Shown piece after piece: positions 22,426-31,699 of a stretch of 64,000 bases of DNA. The notes beneath the pieces were generated by a model, which saw only the letters and a list, made by a program, of their open reading frames with translations, had not been told where the DNA came from and made no database searches. Numbering within the stretch: the stretch's first letter is position 1; every line of letters starts with the position of its first letter. This DNA comes from Alphaproteobacteria bacterium (GTDB lineage Bacteria > Pseudomonadota > Alphaproteobacteria > SP197): positions 2,400,001 to 2,464,000 of the forward strand of contig OZ219747.1 of NCBI GenBank assembly GCA_964291265.2. The letters are read 5' to 3'. Position numbers and translations under genes: made by a program.

Positions 22426-23676
22426 ATGGGTGAAAGGCTGCAGCCGGTCCGGGGAACCCGCGATCTCCTGCCCGCGGACTGCCGGTCGCACGCGCGTGTC
22501 GAGGATGTCTGCCGCCGCATCGCCGAGCGCTATGGCTACGGCGAGATTCGCACGCCGATCCTCGAGGCCACGCAGGTCTTCTCCCGGACGCTTGGCGATG
22601 CGACCGATGTCGTTCAGAAGGAGATGTACACCTTTGACGACCGCAATGGCGACAGCATCACCCTGCGTCCGGAGAACACGGCAGGTGTGGCAAGGGCACT
22701 GCTTTCCAACGGTCTGCTCGATTCCATGCCGCTCAGGTTGCACTACGCCGGTGCGATGTTTCGCCACGAACGCCCGCAGAGGGGCCGATACCGTCAGTTT
22801 CACCAGACCGGGGTCGAACTCTTCGGCGTGGCCGAGCCCCTGGGTGATGTCGAGGTCATTGCCCTGGCCCGCGATGTTCTCGACGAACTCGGACTTCTCC
22901 AGGACACCGTCCTCGAGATCAGCACGCTGGGCGACGCCGCAAGCCGTCAACACCACATGCGGGCCCTGGTGGCATACTTCAACGATCATGGCAGCCAGCT
23001 GAGCGACATCTCGGTCAGGCGCCTCGAGCGCAACCCCTTGCGTATTCTCGATTCGAAGGAGCCACGTGACCGGGACCTGATCGCCGATGCGCCGGTCATC
23101 CTCGATTACCTCGGCGACGATGCCCGTCGCTTCTTCGACCAGGTGCTCGAGGGGCTCGATACCCTGTCGATCGCCTGCGAGGTCAATCCGCGGATTGTTC
23201 GCGGCTTCGACTACTACTGTCACACCGCCTTCGAATTCGTGACCGCGAAGCTCGGTGCCCAGGGAACGGTGATCGGTGGCGGCCGCTACGACGGCCTGAT
23301 GGAGCAGATGGGAGGGCCTCCGGTCCCCGGTGTCGGCTGGGCGTCCGGAATCGAGCGGCTCGCCCTGCTCGCCGGCGAACCTCCCGGGCCCCGGCGGCCC
23401 ATTGCCATCATCGGCCTCGGTGAACCCGCCACCAGGCAGGTGCTCGTGATGGCCCACGAGCTGCGCCGGCAAGGGCATCGCGTCGATCTTGCATACCGTG
23501 GCAACCTGCGGCGGCGCATGCAGCGCGCCCACAAGGTGGGCGCCAGCCATGCGGTCATCGTCGGCGATGCCGAACTGGCGCGCGGGGTCGCGTTGGTGCG
23601 CGATCTCGACAGCGGCGAGCAGCATGAATGCTCCCTTGACCGCCTGGGAGAAGGCCTGCCACGCCCGGGTGCGTGA
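22426..23676 (+). CDS. hisS: Histidine--tRNA ligase
   Basis: RGTRD, KEMYTF, LRPENTA, FRHERPQRGRYRQFHQ, GGGRYDGL, GIERL. Confidence 0.98.
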   Translation: MGERLQPVRGTRDLLPADCRSHARVEDVCRRIAERYGYGEIRTPILEATQVFSRTLGDATDVVQKEMYTFDDRNGDSITLRPENTAGVARALLSNGLLDSMPLRLHYAGAMFRHERPQRGRYRQFHQTGVELFGVAEPLGDVEVIALARDVLDELGLLQDTVLEISTLGDAASRQHHMRALVAYFNDHGSQLSDISVRRLERNPLRILDSKEPRDRDLIADAPVILDYLGDDARRFFDQVLEGLDTLSIACEVNPRIVRGFDYYCHTAFEFVTAKLGAQGTVIGGGRYDGLMEQMGGPPVPGVGWASGIERLALLAGEPPGPRRPIAIIGLGEPATRQVLVMAHELRRQGHRVDLAYRGNLRRRMQRAHKVGASHAVIVGDAELARGVALVRDLDSGEQHECSLDRLGEGLPRPGA

Positions 23677-24782
23677 TCATGGCGCCCAGGATCCACATTT
23701 CGGTTGTCGTGAGGGGACCGGCTGCAGTCCCGCATCAGGGGCATGACGCGCTCATGAAGCACCTGAGGGACTCGGGAGTCACCGAAGCCCTCATCATCCG
23801 GACACCTGCGGGTATCGACCTTCACGTCATGGCGGCGGGTGCCGACGAGCTTCGCCGCCTCCTTGAGGGGTTTCCGGGGGCGGGCGCCGGCGACGGGATG
23901 GTGACCGGAACCGACGCCCTTCGCCGCCTTCTCCATTCTGCCGCCCGCACAGATGATCCGGTCCTGGCCGGCGCCGTCGACGAGCTCAAGGAAAGTCACA
24001 GGCGGGCATGGCAGGCCGGCATGATCGGTGGAGCCCTGCAGGATCGTCTGCAGCTCGCCTACCGGGTGGCGCGGCAGATGCGCGGCGACAGCCTGCTCCG
24101 GGATCGCCCCTTGTCGATCGTGTCGTCCGCGGTCCGCGTCGCCCGGGACATCCACGGCGACCTCGCGAGGGTCCGCGGGCTCCTGATCGGCACGGAGGAA
24201 GCCGGAGAGATGATTGCCGCGCGACTCCTCGAAAGCGGTCTGGAGACGCTTGTGGTGATGCACGAGCGCCGTCATCTCGCAGCCGCCCTCGCCGGGCGCC
24301 TCGGCGCGACACCTGCCGAGGCGGAAGGGCTTGAGGCCGAACTCGTTCATGCCGACATCGTCATCCTGTCCGCGGGCGGCGGTGACCACACCCTCGGCGC
24401 AGCGGATGTCTCGAAGGCACTGGCGGTGCGGCGGGCGCGGCCCGTCTTCCTTGTCGACGCCGGCGTTCCCCCTGAAGCCGATCCGGCCATCGAGTTTCTC
24501 GACGATGTGTTCTACTACACCCTTGATCATCTTGAACGCGCAACCTTCGAGGGAGGGCGCCAGCGCCCGCAACAGGACGAAGCGGCTGCAGTCGCCGTCG
24601 AAACCGCCGTCGCCTCCTTTGGCGCACATGCTTCCGGCAGCGTCGACATGGAGAAAGCGGGACGGATGAGACACATCCTCGAACAGGCTCGCGGCAGGGT
24701 CCTTGCCGAGACCCCTGATGCCGATGCCTTCGAGGCGACAGCCGCCCTTGTCGACCTTGTGGTCCGTGAGATCGACACATGA
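23673..24782 (+). CDS. hemA: Glutamyl-tRNA reductase-like protein lacking catalytic motifs
   Basis: SIVSSAV..A, ADIVILS, PVFLVDAGVP..ADPAI..LDDVFYYTLDHL match HemA; directly upstream of prfA-prmC; TCNR motif replaced by TPAG. Confidence 0.72.
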   Translation: MIMAPRIHISVVVRGPAAVPHQGHDALMKHLRDSGVTEALIIRTPAGIDLHVMAAGADELRRLLEGFPGAGAGDGMVTGTDALRRLLHSAARTDDPVLAGAVDELKESHRRAWQAGMIGGALQDRLQLAYRVARQMRGDSLLRDRPLSIVSSAVRVARDIHGDLARVRGLLIGTEEAGEMIAARLLESGLETLVVMHERRHLAAALAGRLGATPAEAEGLEAELVHADIVILSAGGGDHTLGAADVSKALAVRRARPVFLVDAGVPPEADPAIEFLDDVFYYTLDHLERATFEGGRQRPQQDEAAAVAVETAVASFGAHASGSVDMEKAGRMRHILEQARGRVLAETPDADAFEATAALVDLVVREIDT

Positions 24783-25849
24783 GCCTGGAAGACAGTCTCG
24801 GGAAGGTCGTCCTGCGCCATGCCGAACTGGCGGCGCGACTCGCCGGGGAGACACCCGGGGGAGAGGAGTACGTCGGCATGGCGCGGGAGTTCGCCGAACT
24901 GGCTCCCGTGGTCGAGGTGGTCCAGGCGCTTGCAGAAGCCAGGCGGCAGGGCGCCGATCTCGCCGTCATGGTCGACAGCGAGGCGGACGAGGAGATGCGT
25001 CAGCTCGCCCGGGAGGAACACGCGGTGCTTCGCGAGCGCATTGCCGAACTCGAACAGTCGGTTCGCCTTGCCCTGCTGCCGCGTGACGAAGCAGATGGAC
25101 GCGATGTCGTTCTCGAGGTGCGTGCCGGCGCCGGGGGTGAGGAGGCGATGCTGTTTGCCGGCGTCCTGGTGGAGATGTATCGCCGGTATGCGATGACCAG
25201 GGACTGGACATTCGAAACTCTCTCCAGAACGACATCCAACACCGGCGGGGTCAGGGAGTGCATTGCACTGGTCCGCGGGCGTGACGTGTTCGCCCGGTTG
25301 AAGTTCGAATCCGGCGTCCACCGTGTGCAGCGAGTCCCGACGACGGAGTCCCAGGGCAGGATTCACACATCGACGGCCACCGTCGCCATTCTTCCCGAGG
25401 CGGCGGAGGTCGACGTCAGGATTGACGTGAACGACCTCAGGGTCGACACATTCCGAGCCTCGGGGGCTGGTGGCCAGCACGTCAACAAGACAGACAGCGC
25501 CGTCAGGATCACACACCTTCCCACGGGCATCGTGGTGTCCCAGCAGAGCGACCGGTCCCAGCACAGGAACCGGGCCAGGGCCATGACCGTCCTGAGGTCC
25601 CGTCTCTACGACCTCGAGCGCCGGCAGCGCGCTTCCGCCGAAGCGCGGGCGCGAAGGGAACAGGTGGGCAGCGGTGACCGTTCGGAGCGCATCCGGACCT
25701 ACAACTATCCCCAGGGGCGCATCAGCGATCACCGGATCAATCTCACGCTCTTCAGGCTCGAGGACGTCGTTTCCGGCCAGGCTCTCGACGAGGTCATCGA
25801 ACCGCTGATGTCCAGCGACCGGGCAACGCGCCTGGCAGAGCTTCGCTGA
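24779..25849 (+). CDS. prfA: Peptide chain release factor 1
   Basis: KFESGVHRVQRVPTTE, GAGGQHVN, DRSERIRTYNYPQGR. Confidence 0.98.
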   Translation: MSLEDSLGKVVLRHAELAARLAGETPGGEEYVGMAREFAELAPVVEVVQALAEARRQGADLAVMVDSEADEEMRQLAREEHAVLRERIAELEQSVRLALLPRDEADGRDVVLEVRAGAGGEEAMLFAGVLVEMYRRYAMTRDWTFETLSRTTSNTGGVRECIALVRGRDVFARLKFESGVHRVQRVPTTESQGRIHTSTATVAILPEAAEVDVRIDVNDLRVDTFRASGAGGQHVNKTDSAVRITHLPTGIVVSQQSDRSQHRNRARAMTVLRSRLYDLERRQRASAEARARREQVGSGDRSERIRTYNYPQGRISDHRINLTLFRLEDVVSGQALDEVIEPLMSSDRATRLAELR

Positions 25850-25850
25850 C

Positions 25851-26687
25851 GTGGCGGCGGCCAGGCTTCATGATGCCCTGCGGCGAGCGACAGCGAAGCT
25901 GCGCACCGCCGGTGTCGAAAACCCTGCCAGGGAAGCCCGGCTTCTGGCAGGGCTTGCTGCCGGACGTGACGAACCGCAGACGCTTTCTTGCGGGGAGCAG
26001 CGCACTCTCGCCACCCTCGTCGACCGGCGGGCGCAGCGTGAGCCCTTCGCGCAGATTGCCGGGTTTCGCGAGTTCTGGAGCCTCGACTTCGAGGTCACCG
26101 CGGACACCCTGACTCCGCGTCCGGACAGCGAAACACTGATCGAATGCTGTCTTGACCGCCTGGGGCGCCATCCCCCGGCACGTGTTCTTGATCTTGGAAC
26201 CGGAACGGGATGTCTTCTGGTCACGCTCCTCGTGACGTGGACCGGCAGCACGGGCCTTGGACTCGACGTCAGTGAGCGGGCTTGTGCCGTGGCGGCCCGC
26301 AACGTGCGCCGACATGGGGTTGGCGATCGCGCCTGGATCATGTGTGGAGACTGGCTCGCCGCCCTTGGCTCGACTTTCGACCTCGTCGTCGCCAATCCTC
26401 CCTACGTGTCGAGCGGGGACATCGCCGGTCTTGATCCGGAAATCGCCCTCCACGAGCCCGGCGTGGCCATCGATGGCGGCGTGGACGGCTACGCCTGCCA
26501 TCGGCGGATTGTGCCGCGCCTCGCCACACTTCTCTCAAGGGACGGCATCGCCGTGGTCGAACATGGCCCCGACCAGCGGGACGGACTCGCGGCTCTCGCC
26601 GATGACAGCGGTCTTGACGTGGTGGGAGCACTCGACGATTGTGGCCGTCGGCACCGTGTCCTCGTCATGGCGCATCGAGATCAGTGA
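25851..26687 (+). CDS. prmC: Release factor glutamine methyltransferase
   Basis: PRPDSETL, LDLGTGTGC, NPPY; follows prfA. Confidence 0.96.
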   Translation: MAAARLHDALRRATAKLRTAGVENPAREARLLAGLAAGRDEPQTLSCGEQRTLATLVDRRAQREPFAQIAGFREFWSLDFEVTADTLTPRPDSETLIECCLDRLGRHPPARVLDLGTGTGCLLVTLLVTWTGSTGLGLDVSERACAVAARNVRRHGVGDRAWIMCGDWLAALGSTFDLVVANPPYVSSGDIAGLDPEIALHEPGVAIDGGVDGYACHRRIVPRLATLLSRDGIAVVEHGPDQRDGLAALADDSGLDVVGALDDCGRRHRVLVMAHRDQ

Positions 26688-26873
26688 AGAAATTCCTTGG
26701 AAAGCTCCGCCGGATTGTATACCGTCCTGTGACGGACAGGGATTTGCCGTCGGCGACAATGTGTGTCACCGTCGAGTGTGGAACCGGCACGTGACTCCGC
26801 GGAACACCGTACTCAGGCACCCGGCAAGACTGTCGTTTCCAACCCAACAGAAACCGTCGAGAGCGAGTTTTCC

Positions 26874-27386
26874 ATGAGATCAGGTGGATCGGGCAGGCGT
26901 TTCCGCAACAATCGCGGCAATGCGCGTCGTGCCGGAGGGAACAACCGCAACCAGTCACTCGAAAGTACCGGCCCCGACGTCAAGGTACGGGGAACAGCCC
27001 AGCAGATTGCCGACAGGTATCTCATGCTGGCGCGTGACGCATCGTCATCCGGTGATCTGGTGGTGGCGGAGAACTGCCTGCAGCACGCAGAGCACTATCA
27101 GAGAATCGTCAATCAGCACGCCGAGCGTGCCGCCGAACAGCAGCGTGAACGCGAGGAGCGGGCCGAACGGCAGCACCGACCACCTGACGACCAGTCCCAG
27201 GGAGAGTCGGCGGCGTCCTGCTCGCCCGCTCCAGAGGGCGAGGCAGCGGCCTCACTTGAGGGCAAGGTGGTCGAAAAGGGCCGTGATCATTCCCGGTCAC
27301 GGACACGGCGCAGAGCCAACGGCGCCGGACGCGACGACGATTCCGCACCGGCCTCGTCCGAAGGCGAGCAGCCGGTCATCACCTGA
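26874..27386 (+). CDS. DUF4167 domain protein
   Basis: ESTGPDVKVRGTAQQIADRYLMLARDA.SSGD.V.AEN.LQHAEHY; prmC-DUF4167-clpB context typical of Alphaproteobacteria. Confidence 0.9.
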   Translation: MRSGGSGRRFRNNRGNARRAGGNNRNQSLESTGPDVKVRGTAQQIADRYLMLARDASSSGDLVVAENCLQHAEHYQRIVNQHAERAAEQQREREERAERQHRPPDDQSQGESAASCSPAPEGEAAASLEGKVVEKGRDHSRSRTRRRANGAGRDDDSAPASSEGEQPVIT

Positions 27387-27460
27387 CAGGATATCTGCCG
27401 CCGTCAGTCCTGAAGGACAGGCGACTCCCTTCTTCGTCGAGGAACTCCCGTCATGCCCCT

Positions 27461-27500
27461 GAACCCTTGTGTTGCAGAAATGCAACACCACATGGGGTTC
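27461..27500 (+). promoter_or_regulatory. Palindrome GTGTTGCA-gaaa-TGCAACAC overlapping a sigma32-like promoter upstream of clpB
   Basis: Perfect 8-bp inverted repeat 27469-27488; CTTG-N18-CCACAT resembles the alphaproteobacterial RpoH consensus. Confidence 0.5.
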
Positions 27501-27521
27501 AGATTGCAGGGGTGATGATCG

Positions 27522-30116
27522 ATGGATCTTGGGAATTTCACGGAAAGGTCGCGCGGATTCATTCGGGCGGCCCACGGTCTCGCCGAGGCGCGAGGGCATC
27601 AGCACATCGTTCCGTGTCATCTGGCGAGGGAGCTTCTCGCCGATCGCCAGGGGCTTGCGGCGGAGCTGATGCGCACCGCCGGCGCCGATCCGGAAAGGGC
27701 GCTGGCCGACATCGAAACAGCGCTCCAGCGCCTGCCAAGGATAACCGGAGGCGGGGCTCAGCATCTCTACGCCTCCACGGAGTTCCTCAGGATCATCGAG
27801 GACGCGGGCAAACGCGCCGCGGAGACCGGCGACAGCTTCGTCACGGCGGAACGCATGTTCGAGGCCCTGGTCCGTCCCGACAGCGACACGGGCAAGATCC
27901 TCGCCGCAGCCGGATTGACGCCTGCGGCGCTCGCCTCCGCCATCGCCGGCATGCGCAAGGGGCGCACCGCGGACAGCCAGACTTCCGAGGAGTCGTTCGA
28001 GGCTCTCCGCAAGTATGCCCGGGACCTGACGGCGGCAGCCCGGGAGGGGGATCTCGATCCGGTCATCGGCCGCGACGAGGAGATTCGCCGCACCATGCAG
28101 GTGCTGTCCCGCAGGACCAAGAACAACCCCGTGCTGATCGGCGAACCGGGAGTGGGAAAGACGGCCATCGTCGAGGGTCTCGCCCAGCGCATCGTCAATC
28201 ACGACGTGCCTGAGTCCCTTGCCAACCGAACCGTGATAGCCCTTGACCTGGGGTCGATGGTCGCCGGATCGAAGTTCCGGGGAGAGTTCGAGGAGCGCAT
28301 GAAGGCCGTTCTCGGAGAGATCGAGGACTCGTCGGGAGACATCATCTGCTTCATCGACGAGCTGCACACCCTCATCGGCGCCGGAGCGGCTGATGGCGCG
28401 ATGGATGCCTCCAACCTGCTCAAGCCCCTGCTTGCCCGCGGCAAGCTCCACTGTGTCGGCGCCACGACTCTCGACGAGTACCGCCAGCATATCGAGAAGG
28501 ACGCCGCGCTCGCACGTCGTTTTCAGCCGGTCCTGGTCGAAGAACCGGGTGTCGAGGCTACGGTCTCCATCCTTCGTGGTCTCAAGGAGAAGTACGAATT
28601 GCACCACGGCGTGCGAATCAGCGACGGCGCGACAGTCGCTGCGGCGCGGCTCTCCAACCGCTATATCACCGACCGTTTCCTCCCCGACAAGGCCATTGAC
28701 CTCGTCGATGAAGCGGCCAGCAGGCTGAGAATGGAAATCGACTCCAGGCCCGAGGAGATCGACGAGCTCGAGCGCCGCATCATCCAGCTCAAGATCGAAC
28801 GCGAGGCTCTTGGCCGGGAGGATGACCGGGTATCGCGTGAACGTCTGGAACGACTCGAGAGGGAGCTCGCCGACCTGGAGGGCCGCGCCTATGCGCTCAA
28901 CGCCGAATGGCAAAAGGAGCGGGACAGGCTGGAGGAGATGCGTCAACTCAAGGAGGGCCTCGATGAGGCCCGCCTGGAGCTCGAGCAGGTGCAGCGCCAG
29001 GGCGATCTGGCGCGTGCCGGAGAGGTGGCCTACAGCGTGATACCCGATCTCGAGCGCCGTCTTGCAGCCATGGGGGAAGCAGAAAGCGGCCAGATGCCCG
29101 GCGAGGAGGTCACGGAAGAGGCCATCGCTTCGGTGGTGTCGAAGTGGACCGGCATACCCGTTGAGCGCATGCTCGAAGGAGAGCGCGAACGGCTGGTCGA
29201 CATGGAGCGTTCGCTTTCGGCCCGTGTGGTCGGCCAGAACGAGGCGCTCGGCGTTGTCGCCAACGCCGTGAGGCGGTCGCGCGCCGGACTGCAGGATCCT
29301 CTGCGGCCGATCGGCAGCTTCATGTTTCTCGGTCCCACGGGAGTCGGCAAGACCGAACTCGTCAAGGCGCTTGCCGAGTTCCTGTTCGACGACGAGGCCG
29401 CGTTGGTGCGCATCGACATGTCCGAGTACATGGAAAAACACGCCGTGGCGAGGATGATAGGGGCGCCACCGGGATATGTCGGATACGAGGAAGGCGGGGT
29501 GCTGACCGAGGCGGTACGCCGGCGGCCCTACCGCGTGGTGCTCTTCGACGAGATCGAGAAGGCGCACGCGGATGTCTTCAACATTCTCCTGCAGGTCCTC
29601 GACGACGGCCGCCTGACAGACGGACACGGCCGTACCGTCGACTTCAGGAACACGGTGATCGTCATGACATCCAACACCGGAGCCGGATTTCTCGCGGAGA
29701 TCGCCGGGGAGGGGGATGACGAACGGGCGAGGGAACTGGTGATGGCGGAACTCAGGACGCAGTTTCGCCCGGAGTTTCTCAACCGTCTGGACGAGATCAT
29801 CTTCTTCCGCCGGCTTGGCCGGGAACAGATGTCCGCCATTGTCGACATCCAGCTTCGCCGTGTCGGCTCGCTTCTCGAGGACCGCAACATCACCATCGAT
29901 GTGGATGAGGGGGCGCGTGAATGGCTCGCCGGGGCAGGGTACGATCCGGCCAATGGCGCCCGTCCGCTCAAGCGCGTGCTGCAACGTGCGCTGCAGGACG
30001 CGCTTGCTGCCCTGATTCTCGAGGGCGAGGTCGCCGATGGTTCGGTCGTCAGGGTCACCGTCGGCGACTCGGGCCTGGTGCTCGAACCTGGTGCCGTACC
30101 CTGCAAGGCAGCCTGA
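27522..30116 (+). CDS. clpB: ATP-dependent chaperone ClpB
   Basis: [13 protein letters not shown], two Walker A motifs ([16 protein letters not shown]), coiled-coil middle domain, [11 protein letters not shown]. Confidence 0.98.
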   Translation: MDLGNFTERSRGFIRAAHGLAEARGHQHIVPCHLARELLADRQGLAAELMRTAGADPERALADIETALQRLPRITGGGAQHLYASTEFLRIIEDAGKRAAETGDSFVTAERMFEALVRPDSDTGKILAAAGLTPAALASAIAGMRKGRTADSQTSEESFEALRKYARDLTAAAREGDLDPVIGRDEEIRRTMQVLSRRTKNNPVLIGEPGVGKTAIVEGLAQRIVNHDVPESLANRTVIALDLGSMVAGSKFRGEFEERMKAVLGEIEDSSGDIICFIDELHTLIGAGAADGAMDASNLLKPLLARGKLHCVGATTLDEYRQHIEKDAALARRFQPVLVEEPGVEATVSILRGLKEKYELHHGVRISDGATVAAARLSNRYITDRFLPDKAIDLVDEAASRLRMEIDSRPEEIDELERRIIQLKIEREALGREDDRVSRERLERLERELADLEGRAYALNAEWQKERDRLEEMRQLKEGLDEARLELEQVQRQGDLARAGEVAYSVIPDLERRLAAMGEAESGQMPGEEVTEEAIASVVSKWTGIPVERMLEGERERLVDMERSLSARVVGQNEALGVVANAVRRSRAGLQDPLRPIGSFMFLGPTGVGKTELVKALAEFLFDDEAALVRIDMSEYMEKHAVARMIGAPPGYVGYEEGGVLTEAVRRRPYRVVLFDEIEKAHADVFNILLQVLDDGRLTDGHGRTVDFRNTVIVMTSNTGAGFLAEIAGEGDDERARELVMAELRTQFRPEFLNRLDEIIFFRRLGREQMSAIVDIQLRRVGSLLEDRNITIDVDEGAREWLAGAGYDPANGARPLKRVLQRALQDALAALILEGEVADGSVVRVTVGDSGLVLEPGAVPCKAA

Positions 30117-30240
30117 TGCGTCACCGGTCACGTGCGGGAGACGGGGTTCTCCCCCTTGACGGCAGGGATCCGGCGGTCGGGGCCACCGGTCAAGCGCCCG
30201 GTCTGTCCACCGGCGCCGTTTCCGGCACCCATGCGTTCAT

Positions 30241-31155
30241 TCACGTCCTGCCTTCTCTCGCCAGGTGTTGCGCAAGGGCAGCGATATGGTCGGGGCTCAT
30301 GCCACAGCAGCCACCGATCGCCGTGACGCCGCGATCGAGATAGGTGGTGGCTTCGCGCGCAAACGCATCGGGTTCGACCTCATCGTCGAACTGCCAGTTG
30401 GGCATCCTGAAACTCCCGGAATGAGGGTAGGCGAAGAGAGGTCCCGACCAGACATCCTTCAATCGATCAAGGCCGGGAGGAGTATCGGGTATCTCGCTGT
30501 GCATGATGCCGGCGGCGTGGGCGTCACCCGCGCCAAGACAGTCGTCACGGATGCGCTCGAATGCGAGGTCGGTGCGCTCGTTGAGCCCGAGGACCCGGTC
30601 ATGCGCGGTGCGTACGCTGAAGCCGACCCACACGGGAAGGCCGGTGGCCGTGGCGGCGCTGACGGCCAGGGGAGAGATGGAGGTATCGAGCATCATCTCC
30701 GTGATGAGCAGGTCGCAGCCGGCCGCGACGAGGGTCTCGGCCTGCAGCGCATAGCTCCGTCGAGCCTCGTTCGTCGAGGGCCAGGCGCCGAGCCCGGCAT
30801 GGAAGCTCGACAGAGAGCCGGCGATCCAGATCCGGCGGTCCGGCGCCGCCTCTGCGACGGCTTCCCGCACGAGTTCGCAGGCGAGGTGATTGAGAGCGAG
30901 TGCCTCGGCCTCGGCGAAGCCGGCATGAGCGAGGACGTGGGGAGCCGCGGCGTAGGAATTGACAATCAGGATGTCCGCGCCGGCATCGATGAAGTCCCGG
31001 TGGATCGTGCGGATCATGTCCGGGTGGGTCTTCAGGGCCGATCCGGCCCACGACTGGGCATGCATGGGCACCCCCCGGCGCTCGAGTTCGGTGCCCATGC
31101 CGCCGTCGATGACAAGGATATCGCCGGTCTCGACGCGCTCCCGGATGGTGCCCAT
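30241..31155 (-). CDS. Homocysteine S-methyltransferase family protein
   Basis: IDGGMGTEL, IHRDFIDAGADI, AGSLS, IGGCCG; ATG 31155 with GGAGG RBS. Confidence 0.88.
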   Translation of the reverse strand: MGTIRERVETGDILVIDGGMGTELERRGVPMHAQSWAGSALKTHPDMIRTIHRDFIDAGADILIVNSYAAAPHVLAHAGFAEAEALALNHLACELVREAVAEAAPDRRIWIAGSLSSFHAGLGAWPSTNEARRSYALQAETLVAAGCDLLITEMMLDTSISPLAVSAATATGLPVWVGFSVRTAHDRVLGLNERTDLAFERIRDDCLGAGDAHAAGIMHSEIPDTPPGLDRLKDVWSGPLFAYPHSGSFRMPNWQFDDEVEPDAFAREATTYLDRGVTAIGGCCGMSPDHIAALAQHLAREGRT

Positions 31156-31699
31156 GATCGTCCCTCCCGACATGTCTCCAGGGCAGGGTATAGCGCTTGA
31201 CCGCCTCGACAAGAAGGACGCTCTTGGCGCTTGCGGATGTCGTCAGGCATGTTCGGCCGAACGCACGGCGGCACGTTGCCGGCCCCGATTGCCGGCACGG
31301 CGGCAGGAGGGTCGTGTCGAAAGGTGTTTTCCGGATTCCCCGACCGAACACGATCAACAGGGCATCGGGCGGCTCCGAAGCCACGGCACCCGGGCTCCGT
31401 TCTTCACCCCCTCCGAATGAACTGCCGCAGAACGGAGAGGTCTTGGTTTTCCTTCGCCCCGCGATGCGGAGGACCGGGCAGACCGCATGCCGGATGACCG
31501 GACGCTTCGCCAGGCTCCCATTGATGGCAGGCCCGGAATGGTGATTCGAGCCGCGATCGCGCGGGCCGCATGCAGATGACTTGTCGACCGGAACGGCGTA
31601 TGACCTGCGCTGGCACGGCAAATGGCAGGCCTGGAGGGGCGGTGAAGGCCCTTCGGCGATGAGGCCTGCCCGCAGATGATCGATTGCTGACCGTGGAGG

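Noticed and set aside
27297-30131. 944-aa minus-strand ORF, and similar long antisense ORFs (12775-14532, 19363-21102, 54701-56470, 59166-60650)
   Set aside because: Antisense shadows of well-supported genes in high-GC DNA; no recognisable motifs
31156-31699. Riboswitch (SAM/cobalamin) or retron ncRNA in the intergenic region
   Set aside because: No consensus recognised by eye, only a short inverted repeat; no RT nearby. An Rfam/Infernal scan would be decisive
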